Assembly (NCBI GenBank): GCA_032718475.1
Contig: JAUCBJ010002735.1
Span: forward strand, 24,584-88,583
Length of the DNA stretch: 64,000 nt
Source of the DNA: Nemertoderma westbladi
Lineage: Eukaryota > Animalia > Xenacoelomorpha
Direction of reading: 5' to 3'
Numbering within the stretch: the first letter of the stretch is position 1; each line of letters begins with the position of its first letter. The notes below the pieces were generated by a model that worked only from the letters and a program-made list of their open reading frames with translations, was not told where the DNA came from and did not search any database. Shown one piece after another: positions 51,151-61,800 of the stretch. The position numbers and the translations under genes were made by a program.

Positions 51151-54100
51151 CAGTTAATCTAAGCATCCCCTCAGTCAGCTGTTAGCAAACTCATGGATAA
51201 TCCCAACAGGGTTAGAGGAGCTGGAGGGGTATCTCTTCTGTTTAGGAAAGATGCAGTGTCTGAGTGGACCAAAGTCGAATCTGGTGACGACATCATTGGA
51301 ATCAATGCAAAGCTACATGGGGGCAGTCAACAATACATCATATTGTCGTGCTATGCACCTCACAGTGGTTTGGACACATCAACCTACTGTGATTTTCTTG
51401 GGAGACTGGCTGCACTGCTTAATAGCTACAGTACATCAATACCTATCCTATTGGCTGACACCAATGCAGACTTTGGCCCACTTCAGGGAGCTAGGAGTAC
51501 TAGACTTTATGCATCCGAGAGGGGCAAAATAATGCACAACTGGCTCACCAGTCTTGATCTTGTGGCTGTAGACACCCTGGGACAGTTCTCTGGCCCATGC
51601 ATTACTTTCCGAGGAGGCAATGGAGAGTCCTACATAGACCACATTCTCACACCCCGTTACTTCATCGATAACTTCCAATGTGGATCTGTTGAAGAAGAGG
51701 ATCCTGGTTGTAATTACTCTGACCATGTACCAATCTTGGCAGACATCAAGATTCATGTGTTACCTACTACCACTCCTCAACACAACCGGAAGATCAACCG
51801 ACAGACAAAATTTGCATGGGAAAGAGCCACTCAGGACCAACTAGGAAAATATGTGGATGCAGTTGAAAGTCAGCTTGCAGCAATTCGCACCAAACTATCA
51901 CATGATCAAACATTAGCCTCTCTCAATAATGCGGCTATAGAATTGCGTGATACAATCCTTATTGCTGCAAAGTCACATATCCCCACAACTAAGCCTTTTA
52001 GGGTCACAAAGAACATCCGTATCCGTTCAGGCTTACTGCAGCGTAAAAGTAAGGTTACTAGAGACCTTTACAAAATTTGGAAGGGGCAAGGGAAGGACCC
52101 AGATGATCCTATCGGGGAAGAGTTCAAAGCATCTAAACGATCAACAAGACGTCTGAAAAACTTCTTATCCAAAAATTTGGTGGCTAATTCTGTTAGCAGG
52201 TTGCCAAATCTTATTAAAACGAACCCGACGAAATTCTGGTCCACACTCAACCACAGCAACACCAATCAAAAGATCTCGCACGACATGGAAGAAACTCTTA
52301 GGGATCACTACTCATCCAAATTCAAAAGTGAATGTACTGGCAACTCCTCTTCACATCCTTCTCAAGTAGATGAAGCTCTTCACAAAGATCTGCGTGATGC
52401 CTGTCTCAATGCACCACTGCCTAACGTATCGCCTTTGGCCATCAAACGGTCCATTCTGTCGTTAGCCACGGGTAAAGCAGGTGACATTTCGTCACTTGTA
52501 GTTGAAAACTTCCTGTATCTCAATCCAGGCCCTGTTTGTGACCTCCTTGCTGACATGTTCAACCTCTGTTTTCAACTCAAAACAGTCCCAAATTTATTTG
52601 GTGAATCTGTTCTGAGTAGCCTATATAAAGGCAAGGGACGTGATCCACGCAAACCATCATCATTTAGGCCTATAGCCTCCATTAGCATTTTCGCTAAAGT
52701 TCTGGAACACGTCCTTCTGACATGTTACCTAAATGGGCTCTATTCACACACAAACCAAACAGCCTATAAGAAGAAGTTCGGAACTGATGCGGTTATCGCA
52801 ACGCTATTAGAATGTCTAGAACATTACTCATCGAGAGGATCTCGTGTCTTTGTATGCCAACTGGACATAGATTCTGCCTTCGATAGTGTTGAATACGCTA
52901 CTTTAATTAGAAAACTGCTATCATCTGGAGTTAACCCCCATATTGCTTCCACTTTACTTGCTTACTACCAGTGCGGTCAAACATTTCTTAAATTCAATGA
53001 AGGGATTGACATGCTCGGAATTTCTCCCACAAGAGGACTGAAACAAGGGTCACTGCTGTCCCCAGTGCTCTTTAACTTCTATACAGCTGATGCTGTACGA
53101 ACCATGCAGGAAACCGGTAAGGGCTGTCGCATTGGTGATGCCTGGTTAGGCGTTATTTCCTATGCTGACGATTTTCTTATATCAGGAACTTCTGCCTCAG
53201 ACTTAGAAGACATGATCAATGTACTGTCACAAGAAGCTGGCAAGGTTGGTCTGGATTTCGCTTCATCAAAAACTTCATGGATGATTTCAGATTTGGGCGG
53301 TAAGGAAGTTGACCACTCTCCCTGCTTCATCAAGGTCAATGGTGAATTGGTCAAACGGAGCAACTCCCTAACATTCTTGGGTGTTCGTATCACCAGTCAC
53401 ATGAAGTCCAGTGATGTACTTAATGAAACCATTCAGTCTATAGCCCACATGTCCCACACATTCCACTCGAAGGGTTGGACAACACGATGGTTGCCCATAA
53501 ACGTGGTCTTCCACCTTTGGGAGTCCATTGCTGTGCCATTGCTCATGTACCAGCTGAAGTTCAATATCGGTGCCATGAATCTTACTGACATGGACAACAT
53601 GGACATCTTCTACCGCAAAACTCTGCGTGGCCTAATTCATCTCGGACCATATGTGAATAACTCCACTTTGCACAAATTATCTGGATGCAACCCATTATCC
53701 ATGGTGGCACTGCGTTTCTGTGTTGGAACTCTGCTACGTACCCTAAATTGCCCCAGTCAGTCTCTCCAGCTGGGGTTCAGGTTGGCACTGTGTAGTAATC
53801 TACATCGTTATACTCATTATAAGGGCATTTCCTCTGGCTACCGAACTGCAGTTTCCTTGTATGCCCTACCACGCCCCTTTTCTATTACAACATTTTATTA
53901 CTCAACATCATCTGTTGTGTCACGGATTAGCACGAGTAATCCGACAGAGCGGGATAGAATTTCCGCTAACTTTATAAGCACTGTCTTCAACACAAGTGCT
54001 TTGAGTCTTGAGCAGAAACGCTCTCTCATACTAGAATACTTCAACGTAATTTAACGAGTATGAGTTCTGCCAATATACGTACTCTATGAGTTAGCTCACC

Positions 54101-54327
54101 TCTACTGTTGCGGTCGGCTGATGGGCACGCACTGTTCATAAGTATGTTCCCTCCCATTACCCGTTCCCAGTTGCTCGAACCAGAGCCTCTCCCCCTCTCT
54201 CTTTGTCTGGTGCTTTTACTATATATATATATATGCATTTTATTCTAGCCATGGTGCTATTTTACTTAATTTTAACTAATATAATACCGGTTCGCCCGGG
54301 CGTTCTGTTGAATGAATGAATGAATGA
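51151..54327 (+). mobile_element. Second non-LTR retrotransposon (RTE-X-like; L2/CR1 group not excluded), 5'-truncated inside the APE domain
   Basis: Partial APE (RGAGGVSLLF, LADTNAD, SYIDHIL, YSDHVPI), RT (SFRPIASISIFAKVLE, VFVCQLDIDSAFDSV, GLKQGSLLSPVLFNFY, YADD), a ~270-nt 3' UTR, a CCGG-TTCGC-CCGG hairpin at 54287-54299 and a (TGAA)n tail at 54309-54327. Confidence 0.88.
51193..54054 (+). CDS. N-terminally truncated APE-RT ORF of the second LINE (953 aa)
   Basis: Uninterrupted ORF lacking the N-terminal APE N- and QE-containing motifs; an in-frame stop lies at 51160-51162 just after the RTE tail. Confidence 0.85.
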   Translation: MDNPNRVRGAGGVSLLFRKDAVSEWTKVESGDDIIGINAKLHGGSQQYIILSCYAPHSGLDTSTYCDFLGRLAALLNSYSTSIPILLADTNADFGPLQGARSTRLYASERGKIMHNWLTSLDLVAVDTLGQFSGPCITFRGGNGESYIDHILTPRYFIDNFQCGSVEEEDPGCNYSDHVPILADIKIHVLPTTTPQHNRKINRQTKFAWERATQDQLGKYVDAVESQLAAIRTKLSHDQTLASLNNAAIELRDTILIAAKSHIPTTKPFRVTKNIRIRSGLLQRKSKVTRDLYKIWKGQGKDPDDPIGEEFKASKRSTRRLKNFLSKNLVANSVSRLPNLIKTNPTKFWSTLNHSNTNQKISHDMEETLRDHYSSKFKSECTGNSSSHPSQVDEALHKDLRDACLNAPLPNVSPLAIKRSILSLATGKAGDISSLVVENFLYLNPGPVCDLLADMFNLCFQLKTVPNLFGESVLSSLYKGKGRDPRKPSSFRPIASISIFAKVLEHVLLTCYLNGLYSHTNQTAYKKKFGTDAVIATLLECLEHYSSRGSRVFVCQLDIDSAFDSVEYATLIRKLLSSGVNPHIASTLLAYYQCGQTFLKFNEGIDMLGISPTRGLKQGSLLSPVLFNFYTADAVRTMQETGKGCRIGDAWLGVISYADDFLISGTSASDLEDMINVLSQEAGKVGLDFASSKTSWMISDLGGKEVDHSPCFIKVNGELVKRSNSLTFLGVRITSHMKSSDVLNETIQSIAHMSHTFHSKGWTTRWLPINVVFHLWESIAVPLLMYQLKFNIGAMNLTDMDNMDIFYRKTLRGLIHLGPYVNNSTLHKLSGCNPLSMVALRFCVGTLLRTLNCPSQSLQLGFRLALCSNLHRYTHYKGISSGYRTAVSLYALPRPFSITTFYYSTSSVVSRISTSNPTERDRISANFISTVFNTSALSLEQKRSLILEYFNVI

Positions 54328-54404
54328 GTATGGCTGGCATTGAAAGGAACTCGCCATCTGATTGGTTGGTTGTTCTAATTTCCCTCTTGTATATCCCCTT
54401 CCAG
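54328..54404 (+). other. Putative 77-nt terminal intron of the host gene, displaced by the LINE insertion
   Basis: GTATGG donor immediately after the LINE tail, CTAAT branch-like motif at 54375-54379, pyrimidine tract and ccccttccag acceptor. Host GA + A TTA TAG would give ...FQEL*. Confidence 0.55.
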
Positions 54405-54466
54405 ATTATAGAATATCCAATATCAAGTGTATACAGTAGGTTGTCATTGTGTTAGCGTTTTAGTTA

Positions 54467-54472
54467 AATAAA
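54467..54472 (+). promoter_or_regulatory. Putative polyadenylation signal AATAAA of the host gene
   Basis: AATAAA lies ~55 nt after the reconstructed stop (54409-54411). The hexamer is common in AT-rich DNA, so this is weak alone. Confidence 0.35.
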
Positions 54473-54649
54473 GAAATACCGGTACTGTAATAGGCCTAAT
54501 GTTTTCTTGTCAGAACAGATTGATTGTATTGATATGATTAATATTACAGTATTACTAACTGTACGTTTCCTTTAGTCCTGTTTATTTGTGCCATATTTAC
54601 TAGTTGTTTTTATAAGATATTATTAATTAATGGTAGATACCGGTAGATA

Positions 54650-55885
54650 ATGTTCTCCACATTCAAAGAAACATTGGATCCTGTTGCTATGGATTTACTT
54701 GAACAACTTATGGACTATCGAAACGTGTCAGAAGATCGAGAACAACCTGATGTTAAGACGCGTCTTGGGTGCGAATCTATAAAGGACAATGTGGTTCCTT
54801 GTGTAAAGAAAGAAACATTTCAAGATTACGCAGGTGATGATGATATCGCTTTAAAGGCTACGGATGTTATTCGGGTAGGACCTACCAGAGAAAACGTTGA
54901 TGTTGTAAAACAGGAGAAGTGTCTTCTTGACCGATCTGATTACAATGACGTAATTGATAATGTTTCTGGTTCAGCAGTAGTAATTGGTGCAACTTCTACT
55001 GTGGTCGAATCCAGTAGTAGGACATTTCAAGGCCTAGATTATAATTGCAAGCAATGTGATAAGTCATTTGCCGCGAATAGCAGTTTAATTAGACACACCA
55101 ATTCAATTCATAAAGGTATTAAGCATAATTGCATTCAATGTGAGAAAGCATTTGATTCAAAGAGTCTTCTAAACCGACACATCAAATCAGCCCATGAAGG
55201 CATAAAGTTTGGTTGTTATGTCTGTGATAAACACTTCACATCAAAGCAAATTCTAGGTAGACATGTTGATACAGCTCATAAAGGCGTGAAGTTTAATTGC
55301 ACTATTTGCGGTAAGTTGTTTTTCTCACAAACTCATATACAGACACATACAGACTCAGTCCACCGAGGAATCAAATATAAATGTTCAATTTGCGATAAAG
55401 AATATGCCTCAAAAGAAACCCTGAAGAGGCACATTGAATCAATCCATATGGGCATCAATTATACTTGTCCTATTTGCGACAAACAATTACTCACGAAGGC
55501 AACACTAAAGATGCACACCAAAGCTATACACCGAGAAATCAGGTATAATTGTTCAGTTTGTGACTCGTCGTACTCCCACCCAACCAGCTTAAATAATCAC
55601 ATCGATTCTGTCCATAAAGCCATTATATTTCATTGTTATTTATGCGATAAACGTTTTACTAACAAACAAAGTCGCAAGAGCCACATGGATTCCGTTCATA
55701 AAGCCATCAAATATAATTGTGATTCTTGCGATAAACTTTTCGCATCAAGAGTAAACCTCAAACATCATATCCGTGTCGTTCACTTAGGCGTCAAGTTTAA
55801 TTGTTACTTCTGCCATAGACGATATGGAAGTAAAGGGCGCCTACGGATGCACTTAAAAACAGTTCATAACGAGACAGCGTTGTGA
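54650..55885 (+). CDS. C2H2 zinc-finger protein, 10 tandem CX2CX12HX4H fingers with KGIK-type linkers
   Basis: Ten 28-aa fingers from YNCKQC to FNCYFC...HLKTVH, and an acidic N-terminus with VKKE/VKQE SUMO-type motifs. No KRAB, ZAD or BTB domain recognised. Confidence 0.92.
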   Translation: MFSTFKETLDPVAMDLLEQLMDYRNVSEDREQPDVKTRLGCESIKDNVVPCVKKETFQDYAGDDDIALKATDVIRVGPTRENVDVVKQEKCLLDRSDYNDVIDNVSGSAVVIGATSTVVESSSRTFQGLDYNCKQCDKSFAANSSLIRHTNSIHKGIKHNCIQCEKAFDSKSLLNRHIKSAHEGIKFGCYVCDKHFTSKQILGRHVDTAHKGVKFNCTICGKLFFSQTHIQTHTDSVHRGIKYKCSICDKEYASKETLKRHIESIHMGINYTCPICDKQLLTKATLKMHTKAIHREIRYNCSVCDSSYSHPTSLNNHIDSVHKAIIFHCYLCDKRFTNKQSRKSHMDSVHKAIKYNCDSCDKLFASRVNLKHHIRVVHLGVKFNCYFCHRRYGSKGRLRMHLKTVHNETAL

Positions 55886-58800
55886 GTAATACGGGTACCG
55901 GTCCGGTATGTAGCGTTGTGAGTAATACGGGTACCGGTTCGGTATGTAGCGTTGTGAGTAATACGGGTACCGGTCCGGTCATAACGTAGACCGTTGTGAG
56001 TAATACGGGTACCGGTTCGGTATGTAGCGTTGTGAGTAATACGGGTACCGGTTCGGTATGTAGCGTTGTGAGTAATACGGGTACCGGTCCGGTATGTAGC
56101 GTTGTGAGTAATACGGGTACCGGTTCGGTATGTAGCGTTGTGAGTAATACGGGTACCGGTCCGGTATGTAGCGTTGTGAGTAATACGGGTACCGGTTCGG
56201 TATGTAGCGTTGTGAGTAATACGGGTACCGGTTCGGTATGTAGCGTTGTGAGTAATACGGGTACCGGTTCGGTATGTAGCGTTGTGAGTAATACGGGTAC
56301 CGGTTCGGTATGTAGCGTTGTGAGTAATACGGGTACCGGTTCGGTATGTAGCGTTGTGAGTAATACGGGTACCGGTTCGGTATGTAGCGTTGTGAGTAAT
56401 ACGGGTACCGGTTCGGTATGTAGCGTTGTGAGTAATACGGGTACCGGTTCGGTATGTAGCGTTGTGAGTAATACGGGTACCGGTTCGGTATGTAGCGTTG
56501 TGAGTAATACGGGTACCGGTTCGGTATGTAGCGTTGTGAGTAATACGGGTACCGGTTCGGTATGTAGCGTTGTGAGTAATACGGGTACCGGTTCGGTATG
56601 TAGCGTTGTGAGTAATACGGGTACCGGTTCGGTATGTAGCGTTGTGAGTAATACGGGTACCGGTTCGGTATGTAGCGTTGTGAGTAATACGGGTACCGGT
56701 TCGGTATGTAGCGTTGTGAGTAATACGGGTACCGGTTCGGTATGTAGCGTTGTGAGTAATACGGGTACCGGTTCGGTATGTAGCGTTGTGAGTAATACGG
56801 GTACCGGTTCGGTATGTAGCGTTGTGAGTAATACGGGTACCGGTTCGGTATGTAGCGTTGTGAGTAATACGGGTACCGGTTCGGTATGTAGCGTTGTGAG
56901 TAATACGGGTACCGGTTCGGTATGTAGCGTTGTGAGTAATACGGGTACCGGTTCGGTATGTAGCGTTGTGAGTAATACGGGTACCGGTTCGGTATGTAGC
57001 GTTGTGAGTAATACGGGTACCGGTTCGGTATGTAGCGTTGTGAGTAATACGGGTACCGGTTCGGTATGTAGCGTTGTGAGTAATACGGGTACCGGTTCGG
57101 TATGTAGCGTTGTGAGTAATACGGGTACCGGTTCGGTATGTAGCGTTGTGAGTAATACGGGTACCGGTTCGGTATGTAGCGTTGTGAGTAATACGGGTAC
57201 CGGTTCGGTATGTAGCGTTGTGAGTAATACGGGTACCGGTTCGGTATGTAGCGTTGTGAGTAATACGGGTACCGGTTCGGTATGTAGCGTTGTGAGTAAT
57301 ACGGGTACCGGTTCGGTATGTAGCGTTGTGAGTAATACGGGTACCGGTTCGGTATGTAGCGTTGTGAGTAATACGGGTACCGGTTCGGTATGTAGCGTTG
57401 TGAGTAATACGGGTACCGGTTCGGTATGTAGCGTTGTGAGTAATACGGGTACCGGTTCGGTATGTAGCGTTGTGAGTAATACGGGTACCGGTTCGGTATG
57501 TAGCGTTGTGAGTAATACGGGTACCGGTTCGGTATGTAGCGTTGTGAGTAATACGGGTACCGGTTCGGTATGTAGCGTTGTGAGTAATACGGGTACCGGT
57601 TCGGTATGTAGCGTTGTGAGTAATACGGGTACCGGTTCGGTATGTAGCGTTGTGAGTAATACGGGTACCGGTTCGGTATGTAGCGTTGTGAGTAATACGG
57701 GTACCGGTTCGGTATGTAGCGTTGTGAGTAATACGGGTACCGGTTCGGTATGTAGCGTTGTGAGTAATACGGGTACCGGTTCGGTATGTAGCGTTGTGAG
57801 TAATACGGGTACCGGTTCGGTATGTAGCGTTGTGAGTAATACGGGTACCGGTTCGGTATGTAGCGTTGTGAGTAATACGGGTACCGGTTCGGTATGTAGC
57901 GTTGTGAGTAATACGGGTACCGGTTCGGTATGTAGCGTTGTGAGTAATACGGGTACCGGTTCGGTATGTAGCGTTGTGAGTAATACGGGTACCGGTTCGG
58001 TATGTAGCGTTGTGAGTAATACGGGTACCGGTTCGGTATGTAGCGTTGTGAGTAATACGGGTACCGGTTCGGTATGTAGCGTTGTGAGTAATACGGGTAC
58101 CGGTTCGGTATGTAGCGTTGTGAGTAATACGGGTACCGGTTCGGTATGTAGCGTTGTGAGTAATACGGGTACCGGTTCGGTATGTAGCGTTGTGAGTAAT
58201 ACGGGTACCGGTTCGGTATGTAGCGTTGTGAGTAATACGGGTACCGGTTCGGTATGTAGCGTTGTGAGTAATACGGGTACCGGTTCGGTATGTAGCGTTG
58301 TGAGTAATACGGGTACCGGTTCGGTATGTAGCGTTGTGAGTAATACGGGTACCGGTTCGGTATGTAGCGTTGTGAGTAATACGGGTACCGGTTCGGTATG
58401 TAGCGTTGTGAGTAATACGGGTACCGGTTCGGTATGTAGCGTTGTGAGTAATACGGGTACCGGTTCGGTATGTAGCGTTGTGAGTAATACGGGTACCGGT
58501 TCGGTATGTAGCGTTGTGAGTAATACGGGTACCGGTTCGGTATGTAGCGTTGTGAGTAATACGGGTACCGGTTCGGTATGTAGCGTTGTGAGTAATACGG
58601 GTACCGGTTCGGTATGTAGCGTTGTGAGTAATACGGGTACCGGTTCGGTATGTAGCGTTGTGAGTAATACGGGTACCGGTTCGGTATGTAGCGTTGTGAG
58701 TAATACGGGTACCGGTTCGGTATGTAGCGTTGTGAGTAATACGGGTACCGGTTCGGTATGTAGCGTTGTGAGTAATACGGGTACCGGTTCGGTATGTAGC

Positions 58801-61800
58801 GTTGTGAGTAATACGGGTACCGGTTCGGTATGTAGCGTTGTGAGTAATACGGGTACCGGTTCGGTATGTAGCGTTGTGAGTAATACGGGTACCGGTTCGG
58901 TATGTAGCGTTGTGAGTAATACGGGTACCGGTTCGGTATGTAGCGTTGTGAGTAATACGGGTACCGGTTCGGTATGTAGCGTTGTGAGTAATACGGGTAC
59001 CGGTTCGGTATGTAGCGTTGTGAGTAATACGGGTACCGGTTCGGTATGTAGCGTTGTGAGTAATACGGGTACCGGTTCGGTATGTAGCGTTGTGAGTAAT
59101 ACGGGTACCGGTTCGGTATGTAGCGTTGTGAGTAATACGGGTACCGGTTCGGTATGTAGCGTTGTGAGTAATACGGGTACCGGTTCGGTATGTAGCGTTG
59201 TGAGTAATACGGGTACCGGTTCGGTATGTAGCGTTGTGAGTAATACGGGTACCGGTTCGGTATGTAGCGTTGTGAGTAATACGGGTACCGGTTCGGTATG
59301 TAGCGTTGTGAGTAATACGGGTACCGGTTCGGTATGTAGCGTTGTGAGTAATACGGGTACCGGTTCGGTATGTAGCGTTGTGAGTAATACGGGTACCGGT
59401 TCGGTATGTAGCGTTGTGAGTAATACGGGTACCGGTTCGGTATGTAGCGTTGTGAGTAATACGGGTACCGGTTCGGTATGTAGCGTTGTGAGTAATACGG
59501 GTACCGGTTCGGTATGTAGCGTTGTGAGTAATACGGGTACCGGTTCGGTATGTAGCGTTGTGAGTAATACGGGTACCGGTTCGGTATGTAGCGTTGTGAG
59601 TAATACGGGTACCGGTTCGGTATGTAGCGTTGTGAGTAATACGGGTACCGGTTCGGTATGTAGCGTTGTGAGTAATACGGGTACCGGTTCGGTATGTAGC
59701 GTTGTGAGTAATACGGGTACCGGTTCGGTATGTAGCGTTGTGAGTAATACGGGTACCGGTTCGGTATGTAGCGTTGTGAGTAATACGGGTACCGGTTCGG
59801 TATGTAGCGTTGTGAGTAATACGGGTACCGGTTCGGTATGTAGCGTTGTGAGTAATACGGGTACCGGTTCGGTATGTAGCGTTGTGAGTAATACGGGTAC
59901 CGGTTCGGTATGTAGCGTTGTGAGTAATACGGGTACCGGTTCGGTATGTAGCGTTGTGAGTAATACGGGTACCGGTTCGGTATGTAGCGTTGTGAGTAAT
60001 ACGGGTACCGGTTCGGTATGTAGCGTTGTGAGTAATACGGGTACCGGTTCGGTATGTAGCGTTGTGAGTAATACGGGTACCGGTTCGGTATGTAGCGTTG
60101 TGAGTAATACGGGTACCGGTTCGGTATGTAGCGTTGTGAGTAATACGGGTACCGGTTCGGTATGTAGCGTTGTGAGTAATACGGGTACCGGTTCGGTATG
60201 TAGCGTTGTGAGTAATACGGGTACCGGTTCGGTATGTAGCGTTGTGAGTAATACGGGTACCGGTTCGGTATGTAGCGTTGTGAGTAATACGGGTACCGGT
60301 TCGGTATGTAGCGTTGTGAGTAATACGGGTACCGGTTCGGTATGTAGCGTTGTGAGTAATACGGGTACCGGTTCGGTATGTAGCGTTGTGAGTAATACGG
60401 GTACCGGTTCGGTATGTAGCGTTGTGAGTAATACGGGTACCGGTTCGGTATGTAGCGTTGTGAGTAATACGGGTACCGGTTCGGTATGTAGCGTTGTGAG
60501 TAATACGGGTACCGGTTCGGTATGTAGCGTTGTGAGTAATACGGGTACCGGTTCGGTATGTAGCGTTGTGAGTAATACGGGTACCGGTTCGGTATGTAGC
60601 GTTGTGAGTAATACGGGTACCGGTTCGGTATGTAGCGTTGTGAGTAATACGGGTACCGGTTCGGTATGTAGCGTTGTGAGTAATACGGGTACCGGTTCGG
60701 TATGTAGCGTTGTGAGTAATACGGGTACCGGTTCGGTATGTAGCGTTGTGAGTAATACGGGTACCGGTTCGGTATGTAGCGTTGTGAGTAATACGGGTAC
60801 CGGTTCGGTATGTAGCGTTGTGAGTAATACGGGTACCGGTTCGGTATGTAGCGTTGTGAGTAATACGGGTACCGGTTCGGTATGTAGCGTTGTGAGTAAT
60901 ACGGGTACCGGTTCGGTATGTAGCGTTGTGAGTAATACGGGTACCGGTTCGGTATGTAGCGTTGTGAGTAATACGGGTACCGGTTCGGTATGTAGCGTTG
61001 TGAGTAATACGGGTACCGGTTCGGTATGTAGCGTTGTGAGTAATACGGGTACCGGTTCGGTATGTAGCGTTGTGAGTAATACGGGTACCGGTTCGGTATG
61101 TAGCGTTGTGAGTAATACGGGTACCGGTTCGGTATGTAGCGTTGTGAGTAATACGGGTACCGGTTCGGTATGTAGCGTTGTGAGTAATACGGGTACCGGT
61201 TCGGTATGTAGCGTTGTGAGTAATACGGGTACCGGTTCGGTATGTAGCGTTGTGAGTAATACGGGTACCGGTTCGGTATGTAGCGTTGTGAGTAATACGG
61301 GTACCGGTTCGGTATGTAGCGTTGTGAGTAATACGGGTACCGGTTCGGTATGTAGCGTTGTGAGTAATACGGGTACCGGTTCGGTATGTAGCGTTGTGAG
61401 TAATACGGGTACCGGTTCGGTATGTAGCGTTGTGAGTAATACGGGTACCGGTTCGGTATGTAGCGTTGTGAGTAATACGGGTACCGGTTCGGTATGTAGC
61501 GTTGTGAGTAATACGGGTACCGGTTCGGTATGTAGCGTTGTGAGTAATACGGGTACCGGTTCGGTATGTAGCGTTGTGAGTAATACGGGTACCGGTTCGG
61601 TATGTAGCGTTGTGAGTAATACGGGTACCGGTTCGGTATGTAGCGTTGTGAGTAATACGGGTACCGGTTCGGTATGTAGCGTTGTGAGTAATACGGGTAC
61701 CGGTTCGGTATGTAGCGTTGTGAGTAATACGGGTACCGGTTCGGTATGTAGCGTTGTGAGTAATACGGGTACCGGTTCGGTATGTAGCGTTGTGAGTAAT

